The notes under the pieces were generated by a model. The model was not told the DNA's origin and made no database searches. It saw nothing but the letters and a program-made list of their open reading frames with translations. A stretch of 64,000 bases of DNA, from the NCBI GenBank assembly GCA_965217585.1, contig OZ244561.1, forward strand, positions 2,944,001-3,008,000, in the 5' to 3' direction. The position numbers and the translations under genes were made by a program. Origin of the DNA: Candidatus Latescibacterota bacterium. Lineage in GTDB: Bacteria; Latescibacterota; UBA2968; UBA8231. Positions 1 to 10,103 of this stretch are shown in pieces; the stretch's first letter is position 1, and each line of letters begins with the position of its first letter.

Positions 1-1612
1 GGAGCCAATCGAAGCGCACCGTGTCGGGGAAACGGTCTTGGTCGTCGTTATCTTCGACGAGCTCGACGATGCCCTCGCGCTCGCTGTCGTAGCGGATCTC
101 GCCCGTGCCCGTGGTGACAAAGGTCCGCGTATTGTAGAGCGGATCCATGCTGTACGCCTCGCCAAAGACAAAGAAGGGGGCAGCCTTTTTGGATGCGTTC
201 ACCATCCAAGCCGGTGCCCGGCGGCGACCGCCGATGCCGGACGTAGTGTGGTGCTCGTCGCGCAGGACGTTGGGGTACTTGCGGTAGCTCACGCTCAGGT
301 CGTATTCGGCGTACAGGTCAAAGCCCTTGTAGTCGCGTATTTCGATGTTGCCGCCGAAGATGTGGGTCGCCGTGGGCAGGCCGTATTCGAAGCGGATGGT
401 CTGCAAATTGGTGATGTCTTGCACGTTGCCGTCGGCTTGGGCTACGAGCAGTAGCACGGCCTCCCCGTCGCGGTTGACTTGGCGGTTGGACGTCATCCAG
501 ACCTGGTAGTCGTTGCCCAGCACGAGGCGGAACTCGACTTTGGCGATGTCCTCTTTGGGAAACGAGGCCCGATCGACAAAGGCCGGACTGTCGAAATCGT
601 AGCTCAGGCGGATCTCCTCCGGGCCGTTGGCGGCGATGTAGCCCTGCTGGACAAAGCCGCCCTCGATGACCGGCTCGAACTGGATGTCTTTGCCGGCATC
701 GACGGTGCCGTCCTCGTAGGTGATCAGTACGTCTGAGCCGGCCTGGAAGAAGGCGGCTCCACCCGTTCCGTCTCCTGGGGAATCGTCGCGCAGGACGATC
801 TGAATCAGCGACACGGTCTTGTTTTGGGCCACAGTCAAGGTGCCGGAAAACGGGTTGCCCACTAGGCGGTCCGAAAGCGTGTTCGACTGGTGGGCATTGA
901 CCGCGTGCAGGCCCAATTGCAAGGCGTCGCTGAGTTGGTAGGCAAAGCGCCCGCCGAACAGCGTGGTGTTGTTGGTGCGGAGTACTTCTTGGTTTTCGGT
1001 TGTCGAACCGCCTGGATTGCTCAAGCGCGAATAGACGAGCGTCCCTTCGTAGCGGTCGGTGGCGAGGTCAAACTGCACGCCGTCCATGCGCGGCTTGGAA
1101 AAGACCATCGGCGAGATCACCGAGCGCATCTGCGCGCTGGTCGTCAAGGTGTAGAAGTATTGGCCCTTGGCGTCTGAGGCGATGACCATGTCGGAAAACC
1201 ACTGTTGGAAGCGGTCGGACTTGAGCAGCGAGTTGCCGAACTGCTGGGGCTTGCTCTGGGAGTTGTTGAAGATCAACCAGCCACGGGTGAGAAAATTGCC
1301 GTACAAGTCGTAAAAGTAGTCGCCTTCGAGGCTGATATCGACGTAGCGCTGGTAGGGGTTGCGGGCGTAGTTGGTGTACTGCCACTGGCGCCAGTGGTAC
1401 TCTTTGTAGAGCTCCTGCGGCACGTACCAGCGGCGCACTGCCGGGTCGAGAACGCCGAGCATGACGTCTGGCCCTTGAGGTGCAAAGGAGGTTTCGTCGC
1501 CCTGTTGTAGCCCTAGGCGCGAGCTGTAATCGACTTGGCCGACTGCCTCCTGGGCTGCGCCAGCGGCGACGAGTAGCAAAACGACGCTAATTCTAGTAGT
1601 AACAGTGTGCAT
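1..1612 (-). CDS. Large secreted/outer-membrane protein, hypothetical; runs off the left edge of the window
   Basis: Not in the ORF track. Read by hand from the ATG at 1612 (MHTVTTRISVVLLLVAAGAAQEAVGQVDYSSRLG...), open to position 1. Signal peptide, aromatic-rich beta-strand-like segments and an EDNDDQDRFPD acidic motif. Starts 18 bp after the upstream gene. Confidence 0.8.
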   Translation of the reverse strand, partial: MHTVTTRISVVLLLVAAGAAQEAVGQVDYSSRLGLQQGDETSFAPQGPDVMLGVLDPAVRRWYVPQELYKEYHWRQWQYTNYARNPYQRYVDISLEGDYFYDLYGNFLTRGWLIFNNSQSKPQQFGNSLLKSDRFQQWFSDMVIASDAKGQYFYTLTTSAQMRSVISPMVFSKPRMDGVQFDLATDRYEGTLVYSRLSNPGGSTTENQEVLRTNNTTLFGGRFAYQLSDALQLGLHAVNAHQSNTLSDRLVGNPFSGTLTVAQNKTVSLIQIVLRDDSPGDGTGGAAFFQAGSDVLITYEDGTVDAGKDIQFEPVIEGGFVQQGYIAANGPEEIRLSYDFDSPAFVDRASFPKEDIAKVEFRLVLGNDYQVWMTSNRQVNRDGEAVLLLVAQADGNVQDITNLQTIRFEYGLPTATHIFGGNIEIRDYKGFDLYAEYDLSVSYRKYPNVLRDEHHTTSGIGGRRRAPAWMVNASKKAAPFFVFGEAYSMDPLYNTRTFVTTGTGEIRYDSEREGIVELVEDNDDQDRFPDTVRFDWL

Positions 1613-1630
1613 GGCGCTCTCTTTTCGCCC

Positions 1631-4600
1631 CTAATAGGCTACCGCGATAAGGTGGGATCGCCGTTGTCCGGCGCTGGCTTCGACGTCGATGTCCACGTCG
1701 ATCTGGCAGATGTAGAGTCCGGGTGGCACGACGCGGCCGCGGTCGTCTTTCCCGTCCCAGATAAAGCGTTGGTGCCCGCCTTGGGCGGTGCCCTCTAGCA
1801 GGCGCATGGGCCGGCCGTCGAGTGCCCAGATGCGGACGGCGGCTGGCCGTTCGGCATAGACTTTGAACAGCGAAAACTCGATTTGGGCGACGTCGTTTAC
1901 GAGGTCGCCGTTGGGCGTAAAAGGATTGGGCGCGACCGAGATGTCGGCGACGACCTGCACGGCACCGAGCGCGGCGATCGACAGGGTTTGCGACGGCCGC
2001 AGCGCGGTGGCGTCGGCGGCGTCGGCGGGCTGATAGGGCGTGCCGGCCGCTTGGTTGCGCACCGCCACCTTCAGCTTGGTGCCGTGGAGGAAGACTTTGG
2101 CCGCAAAGCGCAGGCGCACGAGGCGGCCTTGACCGACGACCCACCCTCTGGCACGGCCTAGCCGGCTGTACTGGGCCGCGCTGAGCGTGTCTCCGGCCTC
2201 GTCGAAAAGCGTCTGGCTGCCCAAACCGACGACCTTGCGGAAGTAGCGCACGGGTCCTTGGGACTCGGGCGGCAACTCGTCGTAGGCGGCGCGATCCACT
2301 TCCACTAGCTCTTCTCCGGCAATGCGGAAGTAGCGCACCGCGCCGCGCACCGCGTCTGGGAGCAGGGCATGCGAGGTCGCCGTCAGGAGCTGGCCGTCGA
2401 TGCTGGTGGGCACTTCCTCGCCATCGGCAGCCGTGCGAAAATATAGCTGGGGTAGCGCATCGGTGTCGCTGCGGGCGACCTCCGGGAGGCGCACTAGGAG
2501 CGAGTCGCCTTGCAGCATCTGGCCGTCGGTGCTTGCCAGATCCAAGAGCGACTGCGGCGCTCCAGATGCGAACTGCTCCTCGGTGCCTATTGCCACATCA
2601 ATAAGCTGCATGTCGAGTCCCGGATCGGCGCTGATGAGCATCTCGTCGAACCCAAGGCTGCGGACCGAGGTGGGCTGCTCTAGGAATTGGGGCTGGACGA
2701 AAACCTCGAAGGTGTCCAGAACCCCCACTTGGGCTTCGGGCGGCCAGACTTCGGCTCGCAGCCCGAGGGCGACCGGGGTGTGTAGCTCTACGGAGATGCT
2801 CTGTAGCGCTGGTGCGATTTGGCGGTCCTCGCTGAGCAGGCGGGCCTGGATTTGCATGAACTTGCGCAAGCTGGGCGACGTTACCGGGTCGCCGGGTTGC
2901 TGGTACTGCTGGCTCCAAGCACTCCAGCCCGGGCCTATTGCAAAGGATGTGTCGATTGGCCCTTTGAGGAAGGCGAGGAGCTTCTTGTGCTCGGCTGCGG
3001 TCTTTTCAATGCCATTGCTGTCGTAGAAGCGTATCTGCTGGATGAGTTGGTCGCCGGTGCGGGTGCGAATCTCGACCTTGGTGCCCGGCGGCGTTTGGGC
3101 TTCCCAGTGGATACTGCCCAAGGTCACGAGCCCAGGCAGTTCAATCAGAGCAGACTCCAACTCGATTTCTGCGGGCACGCCCTTGGCAAACAGCATCAGT
3201 TCGTTGAAGCTAGACCAGAAGCGGTCGGTGCGGTTTTGGGTGTCGCCGATGAAGTTGGCGAAGGTCAATAAATCGAGGAAGCGCACCTTGACCACGGGGT
3301 TTTGCAGATCGTTGAGGTGACTGAAATTCCCGTTATCGACGTTTTTTATCCGTTCCGGCGGTGTAATCGCGCGCCAGCGCAACTTGCCTTGGGCGTCGCG
3401 TTCTCCGGTTGATGACCGCATCTGATAGCCGCGGATGTTGCCGCCGACGACGCGGATTTGGTCCAACCATACCGTGCCGCCAATGTCGATGGTCAGCACG
3501 TTACCACCCGGGTTGAGGGGGTCTTGGGTGGGTTGCTGATAACGGCTGCTGATATCCCCGTCGAAAGCCGGTGCCGGCGTCTTGCCAGCCGAGGTCAGGT
3601 CCAAAGTGCCGCCACCTTCGACTAGGCCGAGGCTGATGTTGTCTCCCCACCCCCACACTTCGACCTCGGCTAGGCGCGGCAATTCCCGGCGGTAGAATTC
3701 TCGCCGTCCGCGGCGTTCTTCCTCCAAGGACTCGTAGGTCTCGGCGTCCACCGGCTCTTCGCGGCCGGCGAAGTCGCGTACGAAGTGGACGATGTCGCCG
3801 CGTTCATGCGTTGTCAACGCCTCCCATGCGGCTTGGTCGATTTGCTCGGCCCGCCCGCCGCGCGTGTCGGTAATTACGATGCGGATGGTTTCGAGGACCT
3901 TGCCAGTCCAGTCCGGGTCGGCGCTGTTTTGCCGCAGCTTCTTGACACTGCTGATGCCGCTGGAGGCATCTACGAGGCCGAGGTTGACCAGGGCCCCCTC
4001 AGTTGCGGCTGCACTTTCAAAAAAGAAGGCGCGCTGCTGGGTATTGGGGCCTTCGTGGGGGACAAACAGCTCAAAGCTAACCTTGCGATCGTCGGTAAAC
4101 GATAGAGTCTGGTTCCGTGCCAAGAGGAGGAGATATTTGAAGAACGGATCGCCTAACTCCTCTTCGACAAAGCGTACAGAAATGCCCTCTACGGGTACAG
4201 CGCGGCCCAGATCGACCTCGACCCACCACTGCTCGATGGGATCGTCTGGGTCGGGCTCCCAAAAGGTGGTCGGATCGCCGTCGACGATGCGGGCCGCCAT
4301 CTCGATGTTGGAGCCAGCGCGGCTGACTCCGGGCCGCACCAGATAGTCGTAGACGAACTTTTTCTGGGCGTCTTGGATGGGTTGGCCGAGCACATCTACT
4401 TTCAGGGTGCTATCCACATTGAGGATGCGCGGGGCTTTGTTGGTGATCACTACCGGACGGGCGATACTGGGGTCGGAGAGGACGTTGTAGATCGAGCGCA
4501 GGTGCCGCGGACGCACCGCGCCCGAGTTGTCGATAGTGGTCAGATGTTCGGGTTTTTTCCAGTGCTCCCAGTGGCTGCGCCCGGATACGACGATGCGATC

Positions 4601-4690
4601 GTCGACGATGTCGTACCCTTGTTGTGCGCTGGCTGGCAGCCATGCCCACAACAGGCAGTACGCGATGGCACCCCATTTTATTCTTATCAC
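1631..4690 (-). CDS. Secreted protein with discoidin-like segments and a C-terminal FlgD Ig-like domain
   Basis: 1019 aa, GTG start with AGGAGG RBS, signal peptide. DGDPTTFW...WVEVDLG motif; C-terminal APNPFTPNGD...WDGKDDRGRVVPPGLY. Confidence 0.85.
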   Translation of the reverse strand: MIRIKWGAIAYCLLWAWLPASAQQGYDIVDDRIVVSGRSHWEHWKKPEHLTTIDNSGAVRPRHLRSIYNVLSDPSIARPVVITNKAPRILNVDSTLKVDVLGQPIQDAQKKFVYDYLVRPGVSRAGSNIEMAARIVDGDPTTFWEPDPDDPIEQWWVEVDLGRAVPVEGISVRFVEEELGDPFFKYLLLLARNQTLSFTDDRKVSFELFVPHEGPNTQQRAFFFESAAATEGALVNLGLVDASSGISSVKKLRQNSADPDWTGKVLETIRIVITDTRGGRAEQIDQAAWEALTTHERGDIVHFVRDFAGREEPVDAETYESLEEERRGRREFYRRELPRLAEVEVWGWGDNISLGLVEGGGTLDLTSAGKTPAPAFDGDISSRYQQPTQDPLNPGGNVLTIDIGGTVWLDQIRVVGGNIRGYQMRSSTGERDAQGKLRWRAITPPERIKNVDNGNFSHLNDLQNPVVKVRFLDLLTFANFIGDTQNRTDRFWSSFNELMLFAKGVPAEIELESALIELPGLVTLGSIHWEAQTPPGTKVEIRTRTGDQLIQQIRFYDSNGIEKTAAEHKKLLAFLKGPIDTSFAIGPGWSAWSQQYQQPGDPVTSPSLRKFMQIQARLLSEDRQIAPALQSISVELHTPVALGLRAEVWPPEAQVGVLDTFEVFVQPQFLEQPTSVRSLGFDEMLISADPGLDMQLIDVAIGTEEQFASGAPQSLLDLASTDGQMLQGDSLLVRLPEVARSDTDALPQLYFRTAADGEEVPTSIDGQLLTATSHALLPDAVRGAVRYFRIAGEELVEVDRAAYDELPPESQGPVRYFRKVVGLGSQTLFDEAGDTLSAAQYSRLGRARGWVVGQGRLVRLRFAAKVFLHGTKLKVAVRNQAAGTPYQPADAADATALRPSQTLSIAALGAVQVVADISVAPNPFTPNGDLVNDVAQIEFSLFKVYAERPAAVRIWALDGRPMRLLEGTAQGGHQRFIWDGKDDRGRVVPPGLYICQIDVDIDVEASAGQRRSHLIAVAY

Positions 4691-4702
4691 GATGGCACCT
4701 CC

Positions 4703-6307
4703 TTACAGGCGCTCGGCGAATAAGGCGACTTGGCTTTCGCGCTCGGCGCGCAGGCGTTGGATGAGCGCGTCCATGAGTTCGTTCCGGCGCCTTACTTCCA
4801 AGATGCCCCGCGCTCGCGCTCGCGCTTGGGCGAAGGGTTGGATGTCGCCGCCCTCCTTTTGGCGCACTCGGAATACGGCAAATTGGTCTAGCACCTCCAC
4901 TGGCCCACCCCATTCGCCGACCTCTGCGGCAAAGGCCGCGTCCACGAGCTGGGGATAGCGCGCCCGCACCACCTTGCGCAGACGCAACGCCCCGTCGTCG
5001 TGCGGGTCGCCGTGGGTTTCGACGCCCGGTCGGGCCAACAGCTCGGCGACGGTGCTGCCGTTTGCGAGGGCTTCGCGCAACTGTTGGGCCTGCTCGCGGG
5101 TGGGCGCGAGGAGCTGGTTGATGTGGACGGATTCAGCCGTGCGGAAGCGCGTCTTGTTCGCCTCGTAGTACGCGGCGACTTCTTCCTCGCTGGGGACGGC
5201 CTTTGTCGCTGTTTCTGCCTTGGTGAGCTGTTGCAAAACGAGGGCCTTGCGCTTGCGCTCGCGCCACTCGGCGAATTCGGCTTCTCGATCCCATCCGCGC
5301 CGTTGGGCTGCCGCGGTCATCAGATAGGCTGGCAAGAGCGCGGCGCGGGCCAACGAGACGACCTGGGCGCTGTCTTGCAACGCGCCCCGGAAGCCGACCG
5401 AGCGCAGGTCGTAGAGGTATTCGCCCAAGGGAATCGCTCCGCCGTCAAAGCGGTAGAGGGGAAGCGCGGCGAGCGAGTCGGCGAGATCCGGCTCGGCCAG
5501 CAAGGCTTGCAGGCCCTCGTGGTCCAACTGGAGGCCCAAGGAGCGGCTCAGGGTTTCCACTTCGATTTGCAGGCGACTCTGCCACTTTTCGCGGCGTGCC
5601 GCGCTGGCCGCTTCTTGCGCGTAGTCGGCCTTGTCGGCCGGTCGGTCTTCGACAAAGCGGTAGATTTGCCAGCCGCCCGCTATGGGTAGCGGCGCGGCGA
5701 TTTGGCCGACCGGCAGGGAGAGGAAGGTCTGCGGCGGAATGGCAAAGCGCTGCGCTTGGGTGCGCCCAATCCAACCGACGACTCCGTCGCCCTGTGGAGC
5801 GAAAAGGTCGTTGGCCGCAAAGTGCTGCGCGAGTTCGGCGAAAGGCTCGCCCGCGTGCAGGGCCTGCAATACGCGGTCCACATCTTGCTGCTGCCGCACC
5901 AGAATCCGCGCAAAGAGCCGCTCGCGGTCGAATCCCATATCGACGAAGGTGCGCTCGACTTCCTCGGGTGTCACCTCGATTTGGGGAGCGAGTACTTCGG
6001 CTTGGTAGCGCTGGGAGAGTTGCTTGCGGACGAGGGCGTTTAGCTGGTAGCGGACCTCGTCGCTTTGCTCGATCCCCCTAGCGCGGGCCTCTTGCAGCAG
6101 CAGTTCCTGATCGACGAGAGACTGTAGGTGATCGCGCGCGGATTCGCTCTGCAAGCCGGACGGCAAGCGCTCGACAAAGCGCAGGTACTCGGCCTTGGTG
6201 AGGGCCACGTCGCCGACTTGGGCCACGACTGTGTCGTCTGGCGCGCAGCCGAACAGGGTTAAGAGGGCGATAGCGCGCCACAGGGAGCGGGGAGTAGCGA
6301 TAAACAT
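4703..6307 (-). CDS. Parvulin/PpiC-type peptidyl-prolyl isomerase (SurA/PrsA-like lipoprotein, two PPIase domains)
   Basis: Lipobox-like LFGC. LVDQELLLQEARARG and FAELAQHF motifs; second domain EEVAAYYEANKTRF...VHINQLL. ATG at 6307 preferred over TTG at 6325. Confidence 0.85.
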   Translation of the reverse strand: MFIATPRSLWRAIALLTLFGCAPDDTVVAQVGDVALTKAEYLRFVERLPSGLQSESARDHLQSLVDQELLLQEARARGIEQSDEVRYQLNALVRKQLSQRYQAEVLAPQIEVTPEEVERTFVDMGFDRERLFARILVRQQQDVDRVLQALHAGEPFAELAQHFAANDLFAPQGDGVVGWIGRTQAQRFAIPPQTFLSLPVGQIAAPLPIAGGWQIYRFVEDRPADKADYAQEAASAARREKWQSRLQIEVETLSRSLGLQLDHEGLQALLAEPDLADSLAALPLYRFDGGAIPLGEYLYDLRSVGFRGALQDSAQVVSLARAALLPAYLMTAAAQRRGWDREAEFAEWRERKRKALVLQQLTKAETATKAVPSEEEVAAYYEANKTRFRTAESVHINQLLAPTREQAQQLREALANGSTVAELLARPGVETHGDPHDDGALRLRKVVRARYPQLVDAAFAAEVGEWGGPVEVLDQFAVFRVRQKEGGDIQPFAQARARARGILEVRRRNELMDALIQRLRAERESQVALFAERL

Positions 6308-6441
6308 GCTGTTTGATTTAATCAACTGCTAGGCGGGTGTCAAGTTTTTTGCCCATAGGACTAACTGCATGTAATTCTTGTTGTTTAGAAGCTATCTGAT
6401 GCGCCGTGAAGCTCCCCCACCGCCGTAGAGACGGGCCAATC

Positions 6442-6511
6442 GCAGACAAGAATGTCTGCATCACGTTTTGGTCCAACTGACGCAGTGTAGGGACAGGCCC
6501 CTGTGCCTATC
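6442..6511. repeat. Two REP-like short palindromes
   Basis: GCAGACAAGAATGTCTGC hairpin (6442-6459) followed by ATCAC, and a GTAG-headed GTAGGGACAGGCCCCTGTGCCTATC (6487-6511). Both resemble RAYT-associated REPs. Confidence 0.45.
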
Positions 6512-6830
6512 GTCCTAGAGGGGCGGGGCCGACCACTTACATCGTCGTGAGGACTCCGCTGCATTGTTTTTGTCGTGGGTCATTTATTGGTTGCTTATTC
6601 TAGCCGAAACGGAACCGGCTTTCCGTTCGTCGGAAGGCGATCCTCATCAAATTAGAAGCTGTTGGGTTATTTGGAATAACGTGAGTTCGGGATAAGCAGA
6701 GGGGCAAAAGCTCGACAGGCTAGTTTTTCGGGTTCAAATTGAGCGCTCGCTTTGATCTCCAGTTGAAGGCGAGCCGTTTTTTATGTGATCTCGGACGGCC
6801 CCCACCGTCTCGCTGGCGGGCTGATGCCTT

Positions 6831-6896
6831 GGCCTTCAGAAATTTCTCGGCGGCCTGTTGGGCGTGGAAATCGACGATCTCATCGGCCACTCCATC
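6831..6896 (-). pseudogene. Fragment of a second HEPN-domain gene
   Basis: Reads DGVADEIVDFHAQQAAEKFLKA immediately after the HEPN stop, matching EEAFGFHVQQAAEKSFKA of the intact gene. Confidence 0.6.
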
Positions 6897-7287
6897 ACGC
6901 CCGCTCCTCCTCTGGAAACTCGCCCCGAACCCGTTCAAGCAGTACTTCGACGAGCGCGAGCGCCCCTTCCCGATCAATCGCCTCAGTACTGGAGTCGATA
7001 CCCTCATAGCGAAACTCGACAGCGTATGGGGTGTATCCGATCAGCTTCTGAAAAAGCTTCGTAGCAACGCCTTGGGCGGCGAGGAGATTCAGCAGCAATT
7101 CCAGATTGTGCGTGAGAGGGTACGTCTCACCTAGCAGGGCGAGCCATGCCTTGAACGACTTCTCGGCTGCTTGCTGCACGTGGAATCCAAACGCCTCTTC
7201 CGGCACACTAGCCGTCATGCCTTGGAGCGTAAGGAGGTCGCGCTCGGCTGCCTGAAACATCGCTCTTGCACATTTAACGTCGCTCAT
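6895..7287 (-). CDS. HEPN domain protein (MNT-HEPN module)
   Basis: Start MSDVKCARAMFQAAERDL at 7287 overlaps the MNT end. FHVQQAAEKSFKA and YPLTHNL motifs. Confidence 0.85.
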   Translation of the reverse strand: MSDVKCARAMFQAAERDLLTLQGMTASVPEEAFGFHVQQAAEKSFKAWLALLGETYPLTHNLELLLNLLAAQGVATKLFQKLIGYTPYAVEFRYEGIDSSTEAIDREGALALVEVLLERVRGEFPEEERA

Positions 7288-7627
7288 AAAGCACCTTTCC
7301 CTCTCGCAGTGCCCGCGCCAAAACGTGGTTGAGGGAGTCGCGCCAGTAGGCGACGTCTTCATGGGAATAGACCAAGACATCGACCGGGACGAAAAATCTC
7401 GCTAGCGCGTGGTAGAGTCGGACCATCTCTTGGTGGCGACTGCGCCCCGGACCAAACGGTTCGGCTTCCACGACGATCAGATCGACGTCCGAATCTTCCC
7501 GCTCGTCGCCCCGGCCGCGGGAGCCGAAAAGGATCACCTGCTCGGGATCGACTTCGGCGACGATGGCTTGGACCATCTGCTCAATGAGTGTGTCGGTGAC
7601 TTGGGTCACGGACGGTGTCGTATTCAT
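7274..7627 (-). CDS. Minimal nucleotidyltransferase (MNT) antitoxin
   Basis: ILFGSRGRGDEREDSDVDL matches the GS-x10-DxD Pol-beta-like motif; adjacent to HEPN. Confidence 0.88.
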   Translation of the reverse strand: MNTTPSVTQVTDTLIEQMVQAIVAEVDPEQVILFGSRGRGDEREDSDVDLIVVEAEPFGPGRSRHQEMVRLYHALARFFVPVDVLVYSHEDVAYWRDSLNHVLARALREGKVLYERR

Positions 7628-7836
7628 CAGACCCAAGGGCTAAATTCGCCTGATTGAACCGGCTTGCGGGCATATCCCTCCCGGTGTTTTTGCTCCTTTT
7701 CTTTTATTTCTTCATGCCTGAGAGCAGCGTATAGAGCCGATCGCGCAAAAGCCGATCGCGTTGTACCTGTTTTTTTTATGACCTTATCAACCGCCTCAAT
7801 CAGTTCCTCATCGAGGGTCATTTGGACTGTTCTCAT
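7627..7836 (-). CDS. Ribbon-helix-helix (CopG/MazE-like) protein
   Basis: MRTVQMTLDEELIEAVD...TTRSAFARSAL pattern. Its TGA overlaps the MNT ATG (TGATG). Confidence 0.8.
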   Translation of the reverse strand: MRTVQMTLDEELIEAVDKVIKKTGTTRSAFARSALYAALRHEEIKEKEQKHREGYARKPVQSGEFSPWV

Positions 7837-7983
7837 GTCTTGGTCTCCGGAATTGATTTCAACAGAATAGTTATTTTTATAGCTATAATCTATGCCACTT
7901 TGCCTGTCAACTGTGCCCGGCCGCGTCGAATGGGCTGTGGTATTCGGATTCGGCCACGACTACGTGAAATGACGCATTCAGGG

Positions 7984-9930
7984 TCAATACATGCGGATTA
8001 CGTTGCCCGTCATGCCGGTGAATCCATCCACGACCAGCCACGCCCCACCCGAAGCGAATTGCCCAAGTATTACCCCCAAAAAGAACCAGCGCGTCGAGCG
8101 GTAGCCGTTCGGCCCCATGTATTTCAAGACGACGGATTTAATCAGCCAAGCGAGAAAGATGCTGAACCAGATATTGCCGAGGATCCAAGTGCCGCTGGCC
8201 ACGTAGCCTATGGGATGCAGGGGCCACCACAACAAGTGGTGGCGCGCCCACAGCAAGAGCGCCATGACCGCGGCCCCCACCCCGTTCCAGAGCCACCCCG
8301 GCCAATAGGGTCCGGTCGGCGTCTCGATGAAGCGGGCGGCGAAGCGAAACGGCTCAAAGGCGAAAAGGCCGGAGAAATACTGCCGGTGCAGGTTGAGCGC
8401 CCCGTACTGGTAGCCCAAGTTCAAGGTCGCGTAGATCGAGCCCAAAAGGCCGATGACCAGCGCCGCCGTTAGCATCGCTAGGACGCGCCGCCGCCCGACC
8501 TTTAGGCCGTGCAACATGCGGATGCCGTTGGCGCAGGGGGCCATCATAAAGACTAGCAGGTCGCCCGCCCAAGCGAGGGTAAAGCCCAGCGCCATCATCC
8601 CCGTCGCCCCCAGCGCGGTCGAGCCGACACCCGAGACCACAAAGCCCGCGCCCGAAAGCCCCTCCACGGCCGACGAGAGGCCAGCTTCGACAATCACGCG
8701 GGTGAGGGCGAAGAAGATCGCAAACGCCGCGCCGAGAAACAGCACCACCGCCCACCAAGGCAGCCCCGTCTGCCACAGCCACAAGCCCATGACGACCGAG
8801 CCTACCGCCAAGCCGACCAAGGCCGTTCGGTAGGACAGCAACTCCCCGGCTGCGCTGCCGCCGGCTCGGGCCTGCTGCCACACGGCCTTTAGATGCCCGC
8901 GTGCCGTCCACAGCCCGAGGATGACCAGCGCAATCATCGCGCCCATGCTCTGATGGCTCAACATGCCCGTGGTGGGGCCAGCATGGCTGTAGGCATCGAG
9001 CTGTTCGGTGGTGAAGACGCCCAGCGTCGAACAGGCCCATTCTTGGGCTTTGGCCAACAGGTAGAAAAACCACAAGCTGCCGGAGATTCCGGTGTTGATA
9101 AAGTAGGCTAGGCCCATCATCAGGTAGTTGAGCCGGATGTGCAAGACAACCGCGTCGTGCCCCAAGGCTAGCGGCAGGTTGAGATCGACGCGCGGCGCGA
9201 ATTCGTAGTAGTGGCTAAAGGAGTTGATCGTATTGAGGATCGCCGGCACCGCAAAGCCAGCCCACATTATTGGATTGCGCAAAAAGGGCTTTATGCGCGC
9301 TGGCTGCGGGCCGTCCTCGATCATCCCCAACGGCACTTGGACCAGCGGGTAGAGCAACCGCTCGTGGTCCATCCACTGCCGCCGCATAATCACCATCGCG
9401 CAGATGAGCACGAGGTAGAAGGCGGCCATAAAGAGCAACCACCAGAAAAGCGGCTCGACCCAAGCGCCATAGGGAATGGATTCGCCACGGGGTAGCCCCT
9501 CGTAAAACTGCTTGATCGCCACCTCGTCTTGGACGACCAGCCAGGTGGGGATGTGGGATACCAGTAAATCCGCCCAATTATTTTCTGGGGTTGCGTAGTA
9601 GAGCACACTGGAAATGGCGGGGATTGTGGCACCGGTAAAGCCCCGCGAGGGGATCGCCGTTGCCAGCATCATCATCGCGGTAATCAGCAGCAGTTCGGCG
9701 CGGTTGAATGCCCAGTGCCGCCGCATTAGCCCCAGCAGCGGTTGCACCAGCGCGAGCAGCCAGAAGAGCAGGAAAAAGGCGGCCGGCGTCGATGAACTCA
9801 AGCCCAGCCGGGTGCCCTTGATGACGAATTCCCCATAGGGCAGGCCGACGGCGATCAAGGCGCAAAGCCCGAGGCCAGTCAGCATCGCCGGTAGGCGAAT
9901 TGCGAGGGAGGGCTGGGGGTCTGGGGACAT
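7984..9930 (-). CDS. Multi-pass membrane protein, DUF6785/DUF6784 (OPT-like) family
   Basis: Many TM helices. RRQWMDHERLLYPLVQVP and WWPLHPIGY motifs. Start MSPDPQ at 9930 preferred. Confidence 0.75.
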   Translation of the reverse strand: MSPDPQPSLAIRLPAMLTGLGLCALIAVGLPYGEFVIKGTRLGLSSSTPAAFFLLFWLLALVQPLLGLMRRHWAFNRAELLLITAMMMLATAIPSRGFTGATIPAISSVLYYATPENNWADLLVSHIPTWLVVQDEVAIKQFYEGLPRGESIPYGAWVEPLFWWLLFMAAFYLVLICAMVIMRRQWMDHERLLYPLVQVPLGMIEDGPQPARIKPFLRNPIMWAGFAVPAILNTINSFSHYYEFAPRVDLNLPLALGHDAVVLHIRLNYLMMGLAYFINTGISGSLWFFYLLAKAQEWACSTLGVFTTEQLDAYSHAGPTTGMLSHQSMGAMIALVILGLWTARGHLKAVWQQARAGGSAAGELLSYRTALVGLAVGSVVMGLWLWQTGLPWWAVVLFLGAAFAIFFALTRVIVEAGLSSAVEGLSGAGFVVSGVGSTALGATGMMALGFTLAWAGDLLVFMMAPCANGIRMLHGLKVGRRRVLAMLTAALVIGLLGSIYATLNLGYQYGALNLHRQYFSGLFAFEPFRFAARFIETPTGPYWPGWLWNGVGAAVMALLLWARHHLLWWPLHPIGYVASGTWILGNIWFSIFLAWLIKSVVLKYMGPNGYRSTRWFFLGVILGQFASGGAWLVVDGFTGMTGNVIRMY

Positions 9931-10103
9931 GGATATGTGGGGTAGTGGGTGCGCGGCGAATTGGGAAACGTAGCCAAATCCGCGGATACCCGTCAATGAA
10001 CGGCTGAATCCGCTGCAAAGGGTGGCGGCGCTCTGGTTGCTGTCTGCGGGAAAATGCCGCTAACTATCTGGACATCCGACGACCTTTTTATAGACGAGGA
10101 GAT

